Positions 1-14,522 of a stretch of DNA of 64,000 bases are shown one piece after another. How positions within the stretch are numbered: the stretch's first letter is position 1; each line of letters opens with the position of its first letter. Below the pieces are notes generated by a model, which ran no database searches, was not told the DNA's origin, and was given only the letters and a program-made list of their open reading frames with translations. Source of the stretch: Hydrolagus colliei (Eukaryota); contig CM068755.1 in the NCBI GenBank assembly GCA_035084275.1, positions 11,532,001 through 11,596,000 on the forward strand. The letters run 5' to 3'. The position numbers were made by a program, and so were the translations under genes.

Positions 1-3000
1 GAACAAATCCACAGAGGAATGAGATTTTTTGAAAGATTGTACTGCTGCTAATGATAATAATCCTTGCATTTGATAGAGCACCTTACCACATCATTGAAAT
101 GTCCCACAGCACTGCACAGAATTCACCCATTGTCTCCGTTTACAGTAACAAATTTAATAGATTTAACATTCTATTAATATTTGAATTCATTTGCAGTACA
201 CACCTCATTATCTCTTAATGTGTTGGCCAAATATAATATTATTTGAATTACCTACAAGTAGAAAAAAATCTTACACACAAGCCAACTGAAACATAAAATG
301 GCACGGTTATAGATTGTAGCAAGATTAACAGTTTTGCTTGGATACCGTGGAGGGGAAGAGAGGAGAGTGAAAAAAACCGGAGGCTATTAAATTGTGATTA
401 AACATCAATTGTGAAGCCAATGACCTTAATGGGATGTCACAAAGTGAAAGATTAAGTGACCATTGTTGTTCTTCGGAACCCAAGCTAGATGATCTGTTTG
501 TGCAGAAGCAAACCTCAAAGCCACTGGAATGTGTTTTCACATTGGCAAAAAAAAACTAGTAAGGAGCATCAAGGGAAATGTGCCTGCCTAACCTGCCAGT
601 GAGCATTTCCATTAAACACCACCCGAAGCCATTCTTGCTTGGTTGAAAGTAAATTTTCAATGTATAAATGACTTGATTCGAACAAAGTTCAGTAGGTTTA
701 CACCCTTCAACCGGCTCCTGAGCATTGGTCACCTTTGCTGGGTTAAGATGAGGTGAGGTAAAATTAGCATTACAGTATACTTCCAAGGATCCTAAACTTT
801 GACTTGCTGAAATCTTCCATTTGAGACTCTTTGATTGCCCTGGTTGGTCATTCTGACCATATTAATCCAGGTGTTATTATTTGTGTTACATTTATAAAAG
901 GGGAGGAAAATGAACCTTTTGTGCGGGAGGGGTTTGGGCTAAATGGGTTTTGAGAGATGTTCTCACATTACAACAGGTCCACGTAAAGTAGGAACTTAAT
1001 TAGTTCCCATGGTTGCATTTTTGATTCACGATAACAAAGGCCCAAAGCTTTACAGTCCACCTGCGGATTGCTTTCAAGCAGCATGTGTATTTTACCAAAA
1101 AATGTCCACTTTCCACCTCGCTCTTCCAACATGAGCTACTTCTGTAAATCCTTTGGTTTAAATATATGTTCAGTTCCATATTTTACACGCTCAATGTATT
1201 TTAAAAGGCTCTTTAATGGAATTTTCCACCATAGGCTATAAATTGGACGGGTGGATTTTTAGCCCCAGTGATTAATCTGTACTATCTAATAAATGTATGG
1301 GAAATTCTGATTGAGTTATTTGCAGGCGGGGGATTGTTTTCAGTGAAAAGCTGTTGGTGCGAAAGAGTTGGCAGCTATTAGTAGCTCCAACCACGCTACT
1401 TTATTATCCTCTTACATCTCAAGAGTTTCAGCAATTTGTTGCCTTGCTGGTGGTGAATGCAAAAAAATCCATCCAAGACCAAAACATTTAGAAGTCAAGG
1501 TCACTGGTGTTTGGATTCAACTGCAACTCCAGCACTGACTGCCTCACAGAGCAGCTTTGGCTCTCAAACAGTGGAGGAGCTCAGTGTTACACTCAAACAG
1601 TTGAATTGAAAACAATAAGAACCAAAAGTTAGCAGTTGAGGTGAAGAAATTGAATACAACTCAAAAACAAAAGTAAATATGCATAATGTAATGAGAAATA
1701 ACTAATTAATTTAAAGCTGACTTCTGATTAATGCTAATCTTCACAATTTTTGGGGAAAAAAATACACTTTAAGCTTAATTGCAAACATTGATTTAAGAAA
1801 CGACAAATCGCCCTAATTTTTATTTCTTCAAGATACAGCGCAGGTCTTATAAGCTGGATGTCTTGTGGTTAGGTTCAGCAAACCTCTCAGCTGACTTCCA
1901 ACTTGACGAAAAAAAACCTTCTGGGTTGTTGTGTCGCCACAATGTTACTTCCTGATTGATTGAATCATTCATTGATTTTTCAAATCAATTACATTCAAAA
2001 GTTGGGTCTTATCTTCAGTTCACTCACTCAGGATTTTCAAATCTAAACAGTCTAGAGGTCGTGGCCGGGTCAGCGAGAGAGACTGACGACTCTCACAGTA
2101 AGAAATGGAAAGGAAGCGAGAGACCTGGATCAAAATCATGTCAAATATTTTTGTGGGTTATAAATAGTAAGTACCTTCTCTTAACGAATTCCACTTTAAC
2201 CACTGTGGATGACATGGGGTTGACAGTACTGAGACTCTGGCTCAGGTTGGAGATGGTAAAAGTACTCACTGTTGAGCCTCCTTATTCTCTTTCCAACCCG
2301 TGTCCTCTCCTCCAGGATAGCCGAGACTCTCTCGTGGAGGATCCTGCAGCTGTTTTTTCTTTACTGCTTTTGTAACTTTTTTTTTTGACACCAGGCATTT
2401 TTCACTCAGCACACATGCCTTGCACCGAAGTTGAGTTCTGAATCAAGCAACATTTATATGGAGGAAGAACTGAGTTGTCAGATCCAAACGAAGGAAACTT
2501 GGCAGATGCTATTTAGACAAATCACAAATTCAGTATTGAATTTTCAATGTATTATATTCCTATGGATTGTAGAGATTTAAGATGCATGGCAAAAGGGAAG
2601 GGCATTAGAATTAAAAAATCTGACAGATTCAAATAAATTGGTGGAATCAGTTTGTGTCAACTGATGCAGATGAGCAGGAGGGACTTCCTGCTTACTCTTG
2701 ATGTCAAGTTATCAACTCCACAATACCCTCAACTTGTCTCACAGGAATTGCTACACAATTCTCCTTGGGTGATCCTAACAGAATCCTAATTTTCTGCAAA
2801 TATTTCCTATCAGTCATTTTCAGGCCCCCTAAAGTGGGTATGATTGAAACAGACACTCCCTTTAAATAAACTTGCCACAATTGTCCGATTGCCTGATTCA
2901 ACAGTTGGCCCACATCAACACATCAGGAAACCAGAATACATCTGGCTAAATTTATTTCAAGCAGAGTCCTATACTGGCCTGACTTTCAATGCAGGTCCCT

Positions 3001-3134
3001 GATGTGAAAAATCAGTGGGCAAAACAACAGTTCAAAATAATCCCTTCCTTCATCACTTCCTACGAGGCATTTTCAGGTACAAATACACAGGGGCTTCTGG
3101 CAATCTAACGTTGCACTACATATAGTTGTTCAGC

Positions 3135-3178
3135 TTGCTTGCAAGTTGAATGCTCTAACCACTGAGCTACAGGACTCC
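3135..3178 (-). mobile_element. Isolated SINE tRNA-head fragment
   Basis: ttgcttgcaagttgaatgctctaaccactgagctacaggactcc is the reverse complement of the SINE 5' end. Confidence 0.75.
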
Positions 3179-5600
3179 AAATTCCCAAATTCCGTGACAA
3201 TATACCAGTGTGGTGATGAAAGCATATCAGCAGATCTAATTTTATCTACTATAATGACAATATTTTGAACGATTGCTTGCAAATTGTACTTGTCAGATTC
3301 AATGGTATGGCAGCAACAACTGGTATGGACATCTCCATTCCAGACCCACTGACAGGGAATTCCCTCCTTGATGACCTCTCAATGACTGAATCAGGCTCAA
3401 TTTCATTGTGGCTGAAGTTCATCGCTTCAATGACAGAACATCTACTTCACTGGAGTCTAAGATAAGTGTCAAACCTCAAGAACACATCTGGCAGCACTCC
3501 TTTCCAACATACAGCACTCAGCAATTAAATAAAAAGTTAATCGAAACAGAGCAAAAATGTCTTCCTCAGTAGCTAATTAATCAATATTCCTACCAACACT
3601 GCCATGAGATAGCATAAGTAAGAAGATTAGTTAACTATGGCATGAAAGCGGATTGACAATTGTCAATGGAAGGACTTCTGAAGTGGAAGGACTTCTGGCA
3701 ATTCATGAGGTTAAATCAATACAATTGATCCTGGTGATGAAGAGACCTGGTACTAATGGTACTATGTATACATTTTAACAGAGGAACTAGCATGGAGGCT
3801 CCATGCGTAGAAAAGAACATCAATGGTGCCAAACTACCTGGTAGCTTGATACAGATGTTGTCAGCTGCCGTAGCCAATACCTAATAGCCCCTAGTTTCTC
3901 TTCCATAAACTCGCATTCTGAACACAAAATGTCGTTTCTAGCTTCAAGAAGAAAACATTTGCAGACTGGCTAATCTAGTTATGTAAGCCTGGAGGCAGCT
4001 TGTTAAATACAGTGGGCTCATTTAACACTACACACCAAATTCTGTGGTTTTTCAAGATGAATACTCAGTTTAGAAGGAAGATGCAAGCCCTGTGCTGGTA
4101 TTGATTAAAGGGCGAGACGACACTGGACTGATTCAAAGGCAAAGCTTGTTCTCTCCCATAAGGGATGCTTGTTAATTTGAGTTGAGAATTTAATGAATCT
4201 GCTGAACTCGAAACCGAATGCCCCCCAAAGAGCTTTAAATTTATTAGAGCTTTACATGTTTTGAGTTTATCGGTTCCAGTTGTATTTTGAACTTTATCGG
4301 TCCCTTTCCCATGCTTTGAACATTAACAGCATCTATCCCCATTCCCTAATGGCTGTGCTTGAAATTAGCAGGGGCTGTTTTACAATAAACGTAATCTTAT
4401 GGGCTTGAAATTCTAATGGGTCTTGTGTGTTACATTAATGGATGTCCCATTATATGTACTTCTGCCAAAGGTCAGTCAATTAACTATTGGGATAATAACC
4501 CCCATTACATTAATTTTAATGAACTGTTTGAAATTGGAATTTATTGCCATTTCGTTATTCTGCTCTGTGTATGGCATTTGCAAGGATGTATCTGTGCAGC
4601 TATTTTAACGGGATGTTTGTGGATTGATGTTTCAATGTTCTATAATTCTCCAAGGCAACATAACCTGGGAGTACAGTAGTGTTGTTGTTACTTATGGGGG
4701 CTTCATTTACAGAATCGCTCATAATGTTTCATGGTCCCTGGGCTAGAGAAACCACTCTGGTCATATTTATTACTGGAGTTGAAGGCAATTTCACACATAA
4801 CACATTCTTTTAAGTCACACTTTGCACCCTAGTTTGTGGCTCCCTCCCACACCTTTTCCCAGTGCCTGTGAAAGGTGTGTGCAAAGCAACCAGCCCAAAT
4901 CTGCTTTGCTGGTCTCTTACCTCTCCAGTCACTAAAGTTGAAAGGCTCCATCAGCAAAATAATATTGCCATTGAAGCCGACACTCAATGTGCCTCCAAAA
5001 ATCATCTCTTTTGCTCTCTCTTGTTTGTTTGATTCCTTTGACCCATTTTACTAGCAGAACAAACAGTCATGGGTGTGTCATGGGAACCATTTCACGGGTA
5101 AAATGATTTTGTTTTTGCATTTTGTCAAAGCTGTTGGCAGGAGTGATAGTCCATAGCCAGTTGACCTAATTAAATTGTGTCCAGAATTGGTACACCCAGT
5201 TCTTCAATTGATACTGATGTGAAATGCGTGCAGCTTTCCCTATGAAGCAGTTTAATACAGTCTGTATTTTTATAACCTCAAAAAATGAAGACCAGGGAAA
5301 AAAAAAGAAGCTTTAATGGCATGTAACGCAGAATATGGCCTACTTTGCAGATACAACGCGAGAACCGTACCTGGTATCACTTACCCTGCTTCAAACAAAA
5401 GAACAAAAAAGTGTTCAGTGTCCAGTGCTAAAGAGCCTTATCTATTCTAAAGTGAACCTAATGATCACTCAGTAATAACACTTATTTAGCACCTTTCATG
5501 TCAGAACCATGTCTCAAAAAGATCTGAGCTCTTGAGTGGCAAGAGGGAAGGAGAAGTGGCCAAAAGCACAGTCGTAAAGATACATCTTAAGGGAGAGGGC

Positions 5601-6260
5601 AACAATATAATTACACTTGTATAGCGCCTTTCATGGGAGGACGTCCCAAGGCGCTGGACAGTCAATGTTTCAGATCCGAGCTGGGGTTGGGATTGGGGAT
5701 TTGGGGTGACTGATGGGACCGTCGAAGGTGAGATTCTTGAGGAGGGACTTGAAGGAGGCCAGGGAGGGGGTGAGGCGGAGGGACTGCTGGAGGGAATTCC
5801 AGAAATTGGGGGCAGAGTGGCTGAAGGCTCGCCCATCGATTATGGGGCTGGTGGAGCAGGCCAGAGCCTGCTGAGCGGAGGGGGCGGGCAGGTTGGCAGG
5901 GGATTAGGAGGTCACAAATGTAAGGTGAACGAGGCCATGGAGGGCTTTGAAGGTGAGGACCAGGATCTTGAATTGAATCCTCTAGGTGATAAGGAGCCAA
6001 TGGAGTCAGGCGAGAATGGGGGAGCTGGGGTCACGGAGCTTGGAGTGGTAGAGGACACAGGCTGCAGAGTTCTGGATGATCTGCAGTCTATGGAGAGAGG
6101 AATTGGGAAGGCTGACAAGCAGGGTGTTGGTGTAATCGAGCCTGGATGTGATGAAGGCATGAATGAGGGTTTTAGTGGCCTGAGGGGTGCAGTGATGGCA
6201 GAGTCGGGCAATGTTGCGGAGGTGAGGGAAACTAACGCGGGTAATGGCTTGGATGCTTGT
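5601..6260 (-). mobile_element. 5'-truncated L2 element (same family as 47382-48400) with internal deletions
   Basis: Minus-strand HLRNIARL...LIHAFITSRLDYTNTLLVSLPNSSLHRLQIIQNSAA. L2 tail at 5601-5660. An older L2-type tail lies adjacent at about 5473-5600. Confidence 0.9.
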
Positions 6261-9200
6261 CAAGGCAGAAAGACTCTATGATAAAGCTCTAGAAAGCTAT
6301 CAGCAAGAAGGACAGCGTTTACTGAGCAACTGGGGGGGGGGGGAAGAAGGGGCCACAGTGATCAGAAACGTGAACCAAAACAATTGGGATTTCAACTAGT
6401 GTGTCACCATTTATCTTTCCCCCAATCAGAATAGTGCCCAAAATATTAGCAGGTAAGCGTCTTCTCATCTGCCAACCATCTTCGCAGGGCAGTTTACTGA
6501 ATTACCGCAATAAATACAATAAGTATTTGCAAGTCTCTCCGAGAAATGCTACAGATTTGGGAAAATGGGCAGCCTGTATTCAAACTTTGTACTGCTACAC
6601 CAGATGTTTGTTTCGTGCAGCTGGGCTCCCGATCCCTTTGTGCTTGTTTTGAAGAATGGACACTCCAGAGAGATGTCCAATCAAACACACGTGCAGCTTT
6701 CAAAATGCTCAGCGCTCTCTGCCAGCAATCAGCCACAAGGACTGTCGCCCACCACCTTGATTCCCACCCCCATCTTCAAAAGATAAGATCCACAAGTCAA
6801 TGCTTTACATCATGTTCAGATTATATGCCATGATGTAATGCATGCACAATTTGATCAAAGATTTGAAAGTGGCCACATCATGTGAATGAAGTAAAGATCT
6901 CTGAAGCACACTCCTGACTTCTAAGGATGAACTTCATATGATAAAGCTTCCCCTTCCCAACAATGCAAGCTCTTACAATTCTATGCTAATGTTCAGAGAT
7001 TTCATTGCATTTTAAAAAATCTAACCGAAATATAATATGCTAACATGCTCAACGAATAAATGTCACCAGTCATAAATTTGTATGCATGAATATAGAAGCT
7101 TTCAATAACTTAAATCATATGAGTGGATTATAGAGGATAATTCAGAATAGGGCAAAACAAGGCAACCCAAAATATCTTTACTGAGGGATGCTGAAGTGGA
7201 CACAATGAATACAACTGTCAAAAATTCAGTCAGATCAGTTGTAAACGTGAAAAGTGCTTTATACATGTTGTTGTTTAATTATAATAACAAAATGACATAT
7301 CTAGCTAACACTTGCCTAATGACAAGACGGCCAAACAAAACAGACACTTTTTAAAAAAAAAATAACCCAGGGAAATGAAACTGATTAGCAGGCACTTTAG
7401 AGTGCCATGCATTGCATTACTCTGTGATAGAAACATGATACTTCTATTTTGACTGTTTACTTACAGCTGTTTAACAATTCAAAGTAATTTTTTTTTAAAT
7501 CGACATTTGATATTCAGTGTCACTTCATGGCAAACTAGAATTAAAATTGTTAAAAGCGTTCTTCAAAGTCACAGATTAACTACAATATACACTTCAAACT
7601 AAAGTGTGACCTATTTTATTAAAAAGTACCTACACAAATCAATGTGTGTCTTCCAATGATGCTTTAACATTGCAGTAATGTTTTTATCCCACTCCCTGCC
7701 CCATCACTCTTTAAAAATATAGCAAAGATTTAAAATTGGGAATTCCTTATCCCTCTAGCAAATATGATAACAAATTGTTATTGTTATAATGGCCCCGTTT
7801 ATGTAGTGATCATATGAACAACATTTACTGTGGTTTTAATATTGGAGCTTAAACTATTGTTGAAAGTGAAACTAAACTGAAAAAGGACAATTTTATAATG
7901 TATGTAACAAATGACAAATTAAAGACAATTATCTAACATTCCAATGCAATACTGGCTTCCAGGATATTTGAATTGGATGTGTTCTGTTCTTCCCCTAACT
8001 CAAATCTTAAAATTGAGATATACAGCAAGCTTTTATCACTGCATCAACCGACAGACTGTTCTCATTCCTTAGTACATAAAGCTACCTGCACCATGCCACT
8101 TTAAATTATGCTCTCTCACATAATTCGAGGAAGAAAAAAAGCATTAAGATTGGAGGTTCTCTCTGGTGCTGCAATAAAAAATGAAAGATTCAATCATAGC
8201 TTTGAGATAATCCTACAATGTTGTTCATTGGTATGTCTGAATAAAACACTTAAATAATTGGGTCTGGGAGCCATTGACTGGCGCGTTTAGCAAGGAAACC
8301 ATAAATGAAAGGAAAAAAACTGAACGCTGGGGAAGCTTGGAAGAAAGGGAAGATGGATATATTTATTTATTAGCTTTTACTTTTGAAACATATGAACTTC
8401 TGTACCATGTTTCCTCAATAAAATTTTGTTACAATTATCTGCCACAGTGAAATAAAACAAAAAAATTATATAAACAGGTTCTGCATGCTAAGAAATTTAG
8501 TCCATTAACAACTAGACATGTCCTTTAATGTAAAACCCAAGTGTTATACTGACACCAACAGATTTTCCACATATATCCAGATGCTTTGAAGTTGCATTCC
8601 AAGTTCAGACCTTTAAATCAAACCCTTTGTTCCACAAAAATAATGTTTAATCATTATCATGTGCAGGGCATATAAGAAGCCAACATTCATGCTTGTCATG
8701 CAAGGTACCCATCCAAATTAAGCTTTCTAAAAATTAACAGAAGAAAAAAAGCTCACTGATATTCTGCTATTATACAGTATGCGGAGAAAACATTCATGAT
8801 ATTTAAAAATACTTAATTGGATCTGTAGGTATCTTGCATTCAGGGCATTGGGACATCCTCCCGACGTGAAAGGAGCTATAAAAATTTAATTTTGTATTGT
8901 GTTATATCATCTCTGTAAGACTCTTCAAGATATTATTGGTGTGAAGAGCGCTCTTTCAATGCAGGCTGTTGGTGGTATTTTTAACCTAATATATCCATCT
9001 GCTCATCTATGATATGAACGCTGGCGGAAGGTTAAAGACGCCACTAAAGTGAGATTTATCAGTTGCACGAAGGCAAAAATGAAAACAGAAATTCTGACAT
9101 CTGGGGGCTATTTCCCTGTGTTTGCTGCCACTGGCACTCAATGCAATTTGATCTTCCTATTTCAAACACTTGTAGCTTGATATATCATCTGTAATTGGCA

Positions 9201-12200
9201 TAGGATAATCTCATTTACTGTCTCAGGCATATTACTACAAAGCAAATTAAATACATTAATTCAGATGCTTACCCACTGCAAAATGTTATCATGATCAAAG
9301 AGAACATTTTAATATGGCCAAACTGTTGGAAATTATATTTAGATTTAGGAATCCTAACAATATAGTTACATTATTTTCTGGTAAGAAAGAAGTTAACTAC
9401 ATCTGTTGTGCAGCTGCCTGAAGCATAACCTATAGGTACAAATATCAACCATCTTGCTTTCATTTTGAAAATATGTATCCAATCAGTTTTTTTTACAAAC
9501 TGATCAGGATCCAAATGTACATTTTGAGAAATTTTAATGTTATCTGTGTAAGTTCAAGGTATATTTCATTGTATTGAACATAATCAAATACTATACTCAA
9601 ATCACAGCAACTCTTTACTCATCTATTCTCCAACACACAAATTTGTTGTGCATAATTTAATCCTGTTTTTGAAAAGTGTGTAATGTATAATGAAGCATTG
9701 TTTACAAACAAAATACTATTATCCCTATGGTTATATGAAAAGCTGATTTGCTGCTCTCCAAAGAAATGCCATACCTAGAAGGGTCACTGCAATGTGTCCA
9801 GAATTGTTGCCTGTCCCATTGAAAATTTAACAACCATTGTTCTTTATTCTTCTCAGTTATCATGATATGAGGAAGTAATCCTGAGGAAGTAAGGGAACAT
9901 AGTCATTATCCTTTCAGTTTCAGCCAGTTGTTATGGTTTTTTTAATTCATTTTAGGTCCACAGATCCTCATGTAAAATATAACTGTGTCAACTCATCTGA
10001 GTACAGGAGTGGCAGCAGTTCATATTGGAGGAAATGGAACCACAATATTGCAGAATTATGGTATCTCAGAACCATCTGAGAATAAATGTCATTTTAAAGA
10101 CCTCAAGAGAGGATGGGTCGGCCAGATCTCAAAGAAATGTAAAAATAACTTTACGAAGATGGATGCTAACCGTAGACTTAGTATCCAGTGCCGACCTTCT
10201 GAAAGCAAGCAAGTTTAGTTCTGCATTGGCAGTATTACTATTCTCAGAAATCAAGAAACAAATGCTGACAAAAACTTCAAATCTTGTGGAGCCTGCACCT
10301 GAAATGGGTTGCAGTTTAAGCTATTGAAAAAGTTCACTGTGATGGAATATTCCCAAAATCTGTTGGTCTACAGAGATATGAAGTTAGGTTTTCCAGCAGA
10401 ATGGGCAGCAAAACCTAGCACCACCAAATGCGTCCAATTCCTTTAACCGGTGGTTATGAGAGAATTTGTACTTGGACCTTCTGTGTCAGCATCAAGCTTT
10501 CCTGGGTCAGGGAACATATGTGGAATCAATCACCATCCAACCCTCAGAAGAATACCCTCAACAAAACCAGTGTAAGCTTCACTCTTGTGGCCTGAGTGAA
10601 ATTGCCAGAAAATAATGTTGACTTCAGTCCCTGAAGCAAGGCTGGATCCAGTACAAATGCTCACAGGCAGAAGACCAACATCATACGATGCATTGTTCCA
10701 AGTTTTGCTATCATCCAGCCAAATATAGGCATTACATTCATTTATAAGATATTCTATTTGATCCAATCCACAAAAAAGTTACTACTTTTTCATTCTCTGT
10801 CAAAATAATGTCCTTTGCTTTTACATCTTTCTTTTGAAGCCCTTTGTTTGAGGTAGAGTTTTGCTAGAATAGACCTTTTGACACATTTCATCTCTGTTCT
10901 GCTCAGTCCAGCCGCACCCCCAAGAAATATGTTCACCCATCCCCTATGGCTAGGAGTGTTATTTATTTGAAGATGCTCATATTTTTGACTGATGCACCTC
11001 TGGGATGTCCTGCCGACATGAAAGGTACAGTACAAATGTTATTTTGTTATTGATTGTGCATTTTTACAGAGAGAAGCATTAATGCTTCTATTGAATTCAA
11101 CAGTGGCAGAAGCTTTGAATATGATCAACTGCCGATACACAGCTGCTTGGACCCCATGAACCAGCAGTAATGGTGATTATACCACAAAATCCAGATGGTC
11201 CTGAGTCCTCCCTACATTAGGTGACTCCAGATCAGTCCCTAGACTGTACAAAGCAGGTATGTCCCTCATCTCCATGCTAATGTTCCCAATGTTTCCTGGT
11301 AATGTATATGACCACAGAGTCTAGGTCAAGAGCAGGAGGTGACAAATAGTCTTCAAGCAAGAAATTCCTCACTTCTAGTGAAGAATTTTTTTTTAATATA
11401 TTATTTCCAAAGGGAATACAGTACTTGGAACAAAATGTACTCTTAGTCTAAGATCTCAATTAAATTTCATTCATTTGTTTAATTTCCACAAAAATGCCAC
11501 TCAGCATTCTTTTCTTTAAAACAAAAATGCAAAAAAAAACTACTTGATCCCAACACATACAGCAAATGGCAATATAAGGTAAAAAAAAAAATTCAACCTA
11601 CTTGATAAGACCCATTTGGGATTTAGATGATTGCTGGATATTGATATGGATTTACAAAGTAGTTTCCCTTTAAGGCATGTTCCACTTTTCATTTTTCCGA
11701 CAGAAACTGCACTCGCTGCTTCGCATGCCAACAACATCTACACAGTGCAATGCCAAGAAAATCAAGACTAGGCTTCATTCCTTTTTCCACTTAAATTATG
11801 AGAATTATCCCAGAGGTAGAAATTAAAACCATCGCTATTTGTGCAGAAATCAAGGCAAAAACCTGCAATGACCACCTTATTGAAACTTGACAAAATTCAC
11901 TGAACTTATTTGGCTGAAGAGTTTCTCAGGATTACAAGGATGGAACTGAAGATATCCCAACCAGATGCTTCTGATATTCTTTATGCAAATATCCTCATCA
12001 GAAAGAGCACGAGAATGGTTCCAAGCATTCAGTCAACTGAATACCAATGTCTCAATGGAAATTAATATCTTCCAATTATTCCATGATGTTTTTTTTTTTG
12101 TCCCATCCAGAGTAGTTTCTGACAGTTGAAGTTAAGTTCTTAAAACTAAAGTACTGCTGAGTAGTTGATTGATGCGGCAGATCAGAAAAGCGAGCTTACA

Positions 12201-12676
12201 CAGACTGATCAGCTTTACCATTTTAATTGAGGGCCGGTGTCAAGAAGAGCCAAAGGGCTTGCCTTAAAGGAAAGAAAGTCAACGTACAATGAGGTTAAGC
12301 GCAGAACAGATTGCCCGCCTTTCCTCTGAACCAAGGCAAGATGTGACTGAGGAGGCGTAAGGAAATGTACATTTTAAAAACAGGATGGCAAATACATTTT
12401 TAAAATTCTTTTTCAAGAAATACTGTGTTCATTAAACAATTAATTGTTTTTTTGGGGAACATCTGGATGTAAAAAAAACAAGTGCTTAAAAAAACAGTTG
12501 GCAACTTATTCTGGACACTCTTGTGAAACAGCCTGTGGCTGTCTCAAAGATCTTACAAGAATTGTTGCGAAGGGGTTGGAAACTAGACTGCCAAGGAAGA
12601 GGTCAAGTGCCAGGACCAGAGTTTTTAAATGACATGTGCTCATATCAAACCAATCTTCGATATGAGTGTGGCATTT

Positions 12677-12820
12677 ACAACAACAACAACTTTGATTTAT
12701 GTAGTGCTCTCCACGCTGGATAGTGTCTTAGAGTGCTTCACAATGACGGATCCCAGGCCCGAGCCAGGGAGAGGGGGGAAAAAGGTGATCGAAGGCGCGG
12801 TCGAACAGAAAGGTCTTTAC
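12677..12820 (-). mobile_element. L2 3' end fragment
   Basis: (ACA)n tail then tttatgtagtgctctccacgc...gtgcttcacaatg...gaaggcgcggtcgaacagaaaggtcttta (LKTFLFDRAF on the minus strand). Further short L2 tails at about 8835-8900, 10985-11050, 49583-49650, 61970-62035 and 62448-62505 (+), and 61495-61555 (-). Confidence 0.7.
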
Positions 12821-14327
12821 ACATTCATTGTGCATCAGAAAAACTGGTCCTGTGCAACAACATCATCATTTAAAAAATGGCCTCTGAGGATCAATCACAA
12901 GAGAACTGGAAGTCTAAAATACCAGCCTACAGGCCCCTGTCCTGATTGATTTGAAAGTCAAAATTGTTTACGTCTGTTTCTGATGCAACACGACAACGAA
13001 AGTCAATTACTGCCATTAGTGTGGATTTTCAGTTGTATAAGCACTTTAGTGACTATAATTACTTGTTTTAGTTATTACCATCTTAGTTAATGATCACTAA
13101 TGACTGACAATGGACCAAGTTCTTGAGACATGCTCTCACAACCCACTTAATTCATTCTTTGTGTGCTAAATATGAATAGTCTGCCAGTCACACTGACTCC
13201 AGTTGCTCCTGTTTCAGAGACAATAACCAAGCAACATCCAAACAGCTGCTCAACAAAAATATGTGAAGTGTGGTTTACCAGTCTTTCACTGTATGACTAC
13301 CAGAATCAGATCACTGCGTTGTGCAGACAGGCTATGAGAAACTAAGGGAATTCTCAAAGGATCACAGTGCAGCAATTCCTGTGAAACAAAATACACTGTG
13401 GTCTTTGAAATAATCAGTGATTCTTTTTAAATCCAACTCACCAATCACTGGCTATCCATGTGCAATGTATTTGTAACCCACATGTAAGTGTAAGTATGCA
13501 ATGTTTGCATGGCAACTGCACCAAAGACAATTGTTTTCACACACAGTTGATCAAAGATGGAAGTATAAAAAATCCTGACCAATTATTCATTAAAATATTT
13601 CGAGTTATACCAGTAGCAACCTTGAGGAAGTAAGTGTCTTTTACATAGATTTACTAAGAAAACAATGAGTACATTAGATTTCCGACAAGTTTAAAGTAGG
13701 TTTTTGACAGCACAAACTCATTGCTCCAAGACTGCCCAATAAAGTAACACTTGGTTTCTTTAGAAAAATGAAGATTAAGAGCAGTATGAGCCAGCACTTT
13801 AAAACAAATATAGCAAAAGCCAGTACATTAGTCTAAAACACGTTCTAGATATACAGGGTGAATTGTGCAATGCAAATATCTTGCAATGAATGTTTTGTTC
13901 TCTCCAACTCCGAACTTCCTTTAGGTATCTCTGGTTTCCCAGAAATCAGAGCTCAATGGAATTCTGCTTCAGGATGAAATCAAGGTTTACTTATTTAAAA
14001 TCTTGATTAAGATGGTAATACTGTACAATGAAGTTTACATTGCCTTCCCAGACTTCACAACACATTTGAATTTAATCTTAGTTTGCAAGATGATTTTGCC
14101 TCAAAATGCAAGGCCAGGTACAATGGTGAAAAATTCACAAATTCAGACTTAATTTGTAAATGGGTCTATTTTGAGAATAGTAGCAATTAAGATTCCACTT
14201 GAGAACTTTCTACAGTTCTTAAATTTTAAGGGAAAGTTGGTTTTAGAGGTTATATCCAGGTGGAAGTTCAGACCTACAGAGCTACAAGATCTTGAGTTCA
14301 CAATATACCTTGTAGTTACCGATTATA

Positions 14328-14522
14328 CAGTAAAACATGGATAATCCAGCACTGTAGGGCCAACACACCTCTTGGATTTCAGAGTTTGCTGGTATAGTAC
14401 TGTTCCAAATTTCAGTAGTTTGCCGGACATCGGAAAAACATCTAATACTGTTGTATTTTTAAATCTTGCTGGTTTTAGGGAATTGTTGGCTTTTGGAATG
14501 TTGATTTACCGAACCTTTATTG
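14328..14522. mobile_element. Old Tigger/pogo-like MITE
   Basis: TA|CAGTAAAACATGGATAATCC ... GATTTACCGAACCTTTATTG|TA: degenerate terminal inverted repeats starting CAG, with TA target-site duplications. Confidence 0.55.

Noticed and set aside
1956-2375. 139-aa ORF and a minus-strand GTGAGT donor at about 2265
   Set aside because: No domain similarity, a non-ATG start, and no convincing acceptor or signal-peptide frame.
5501-6281. Several overlapping long ORFs (191 aa Gly/Glu-rich, Pro/Ser-rich)
   Set aside because: These are alternative or antisense frames of the GC-rich L2 fragment.
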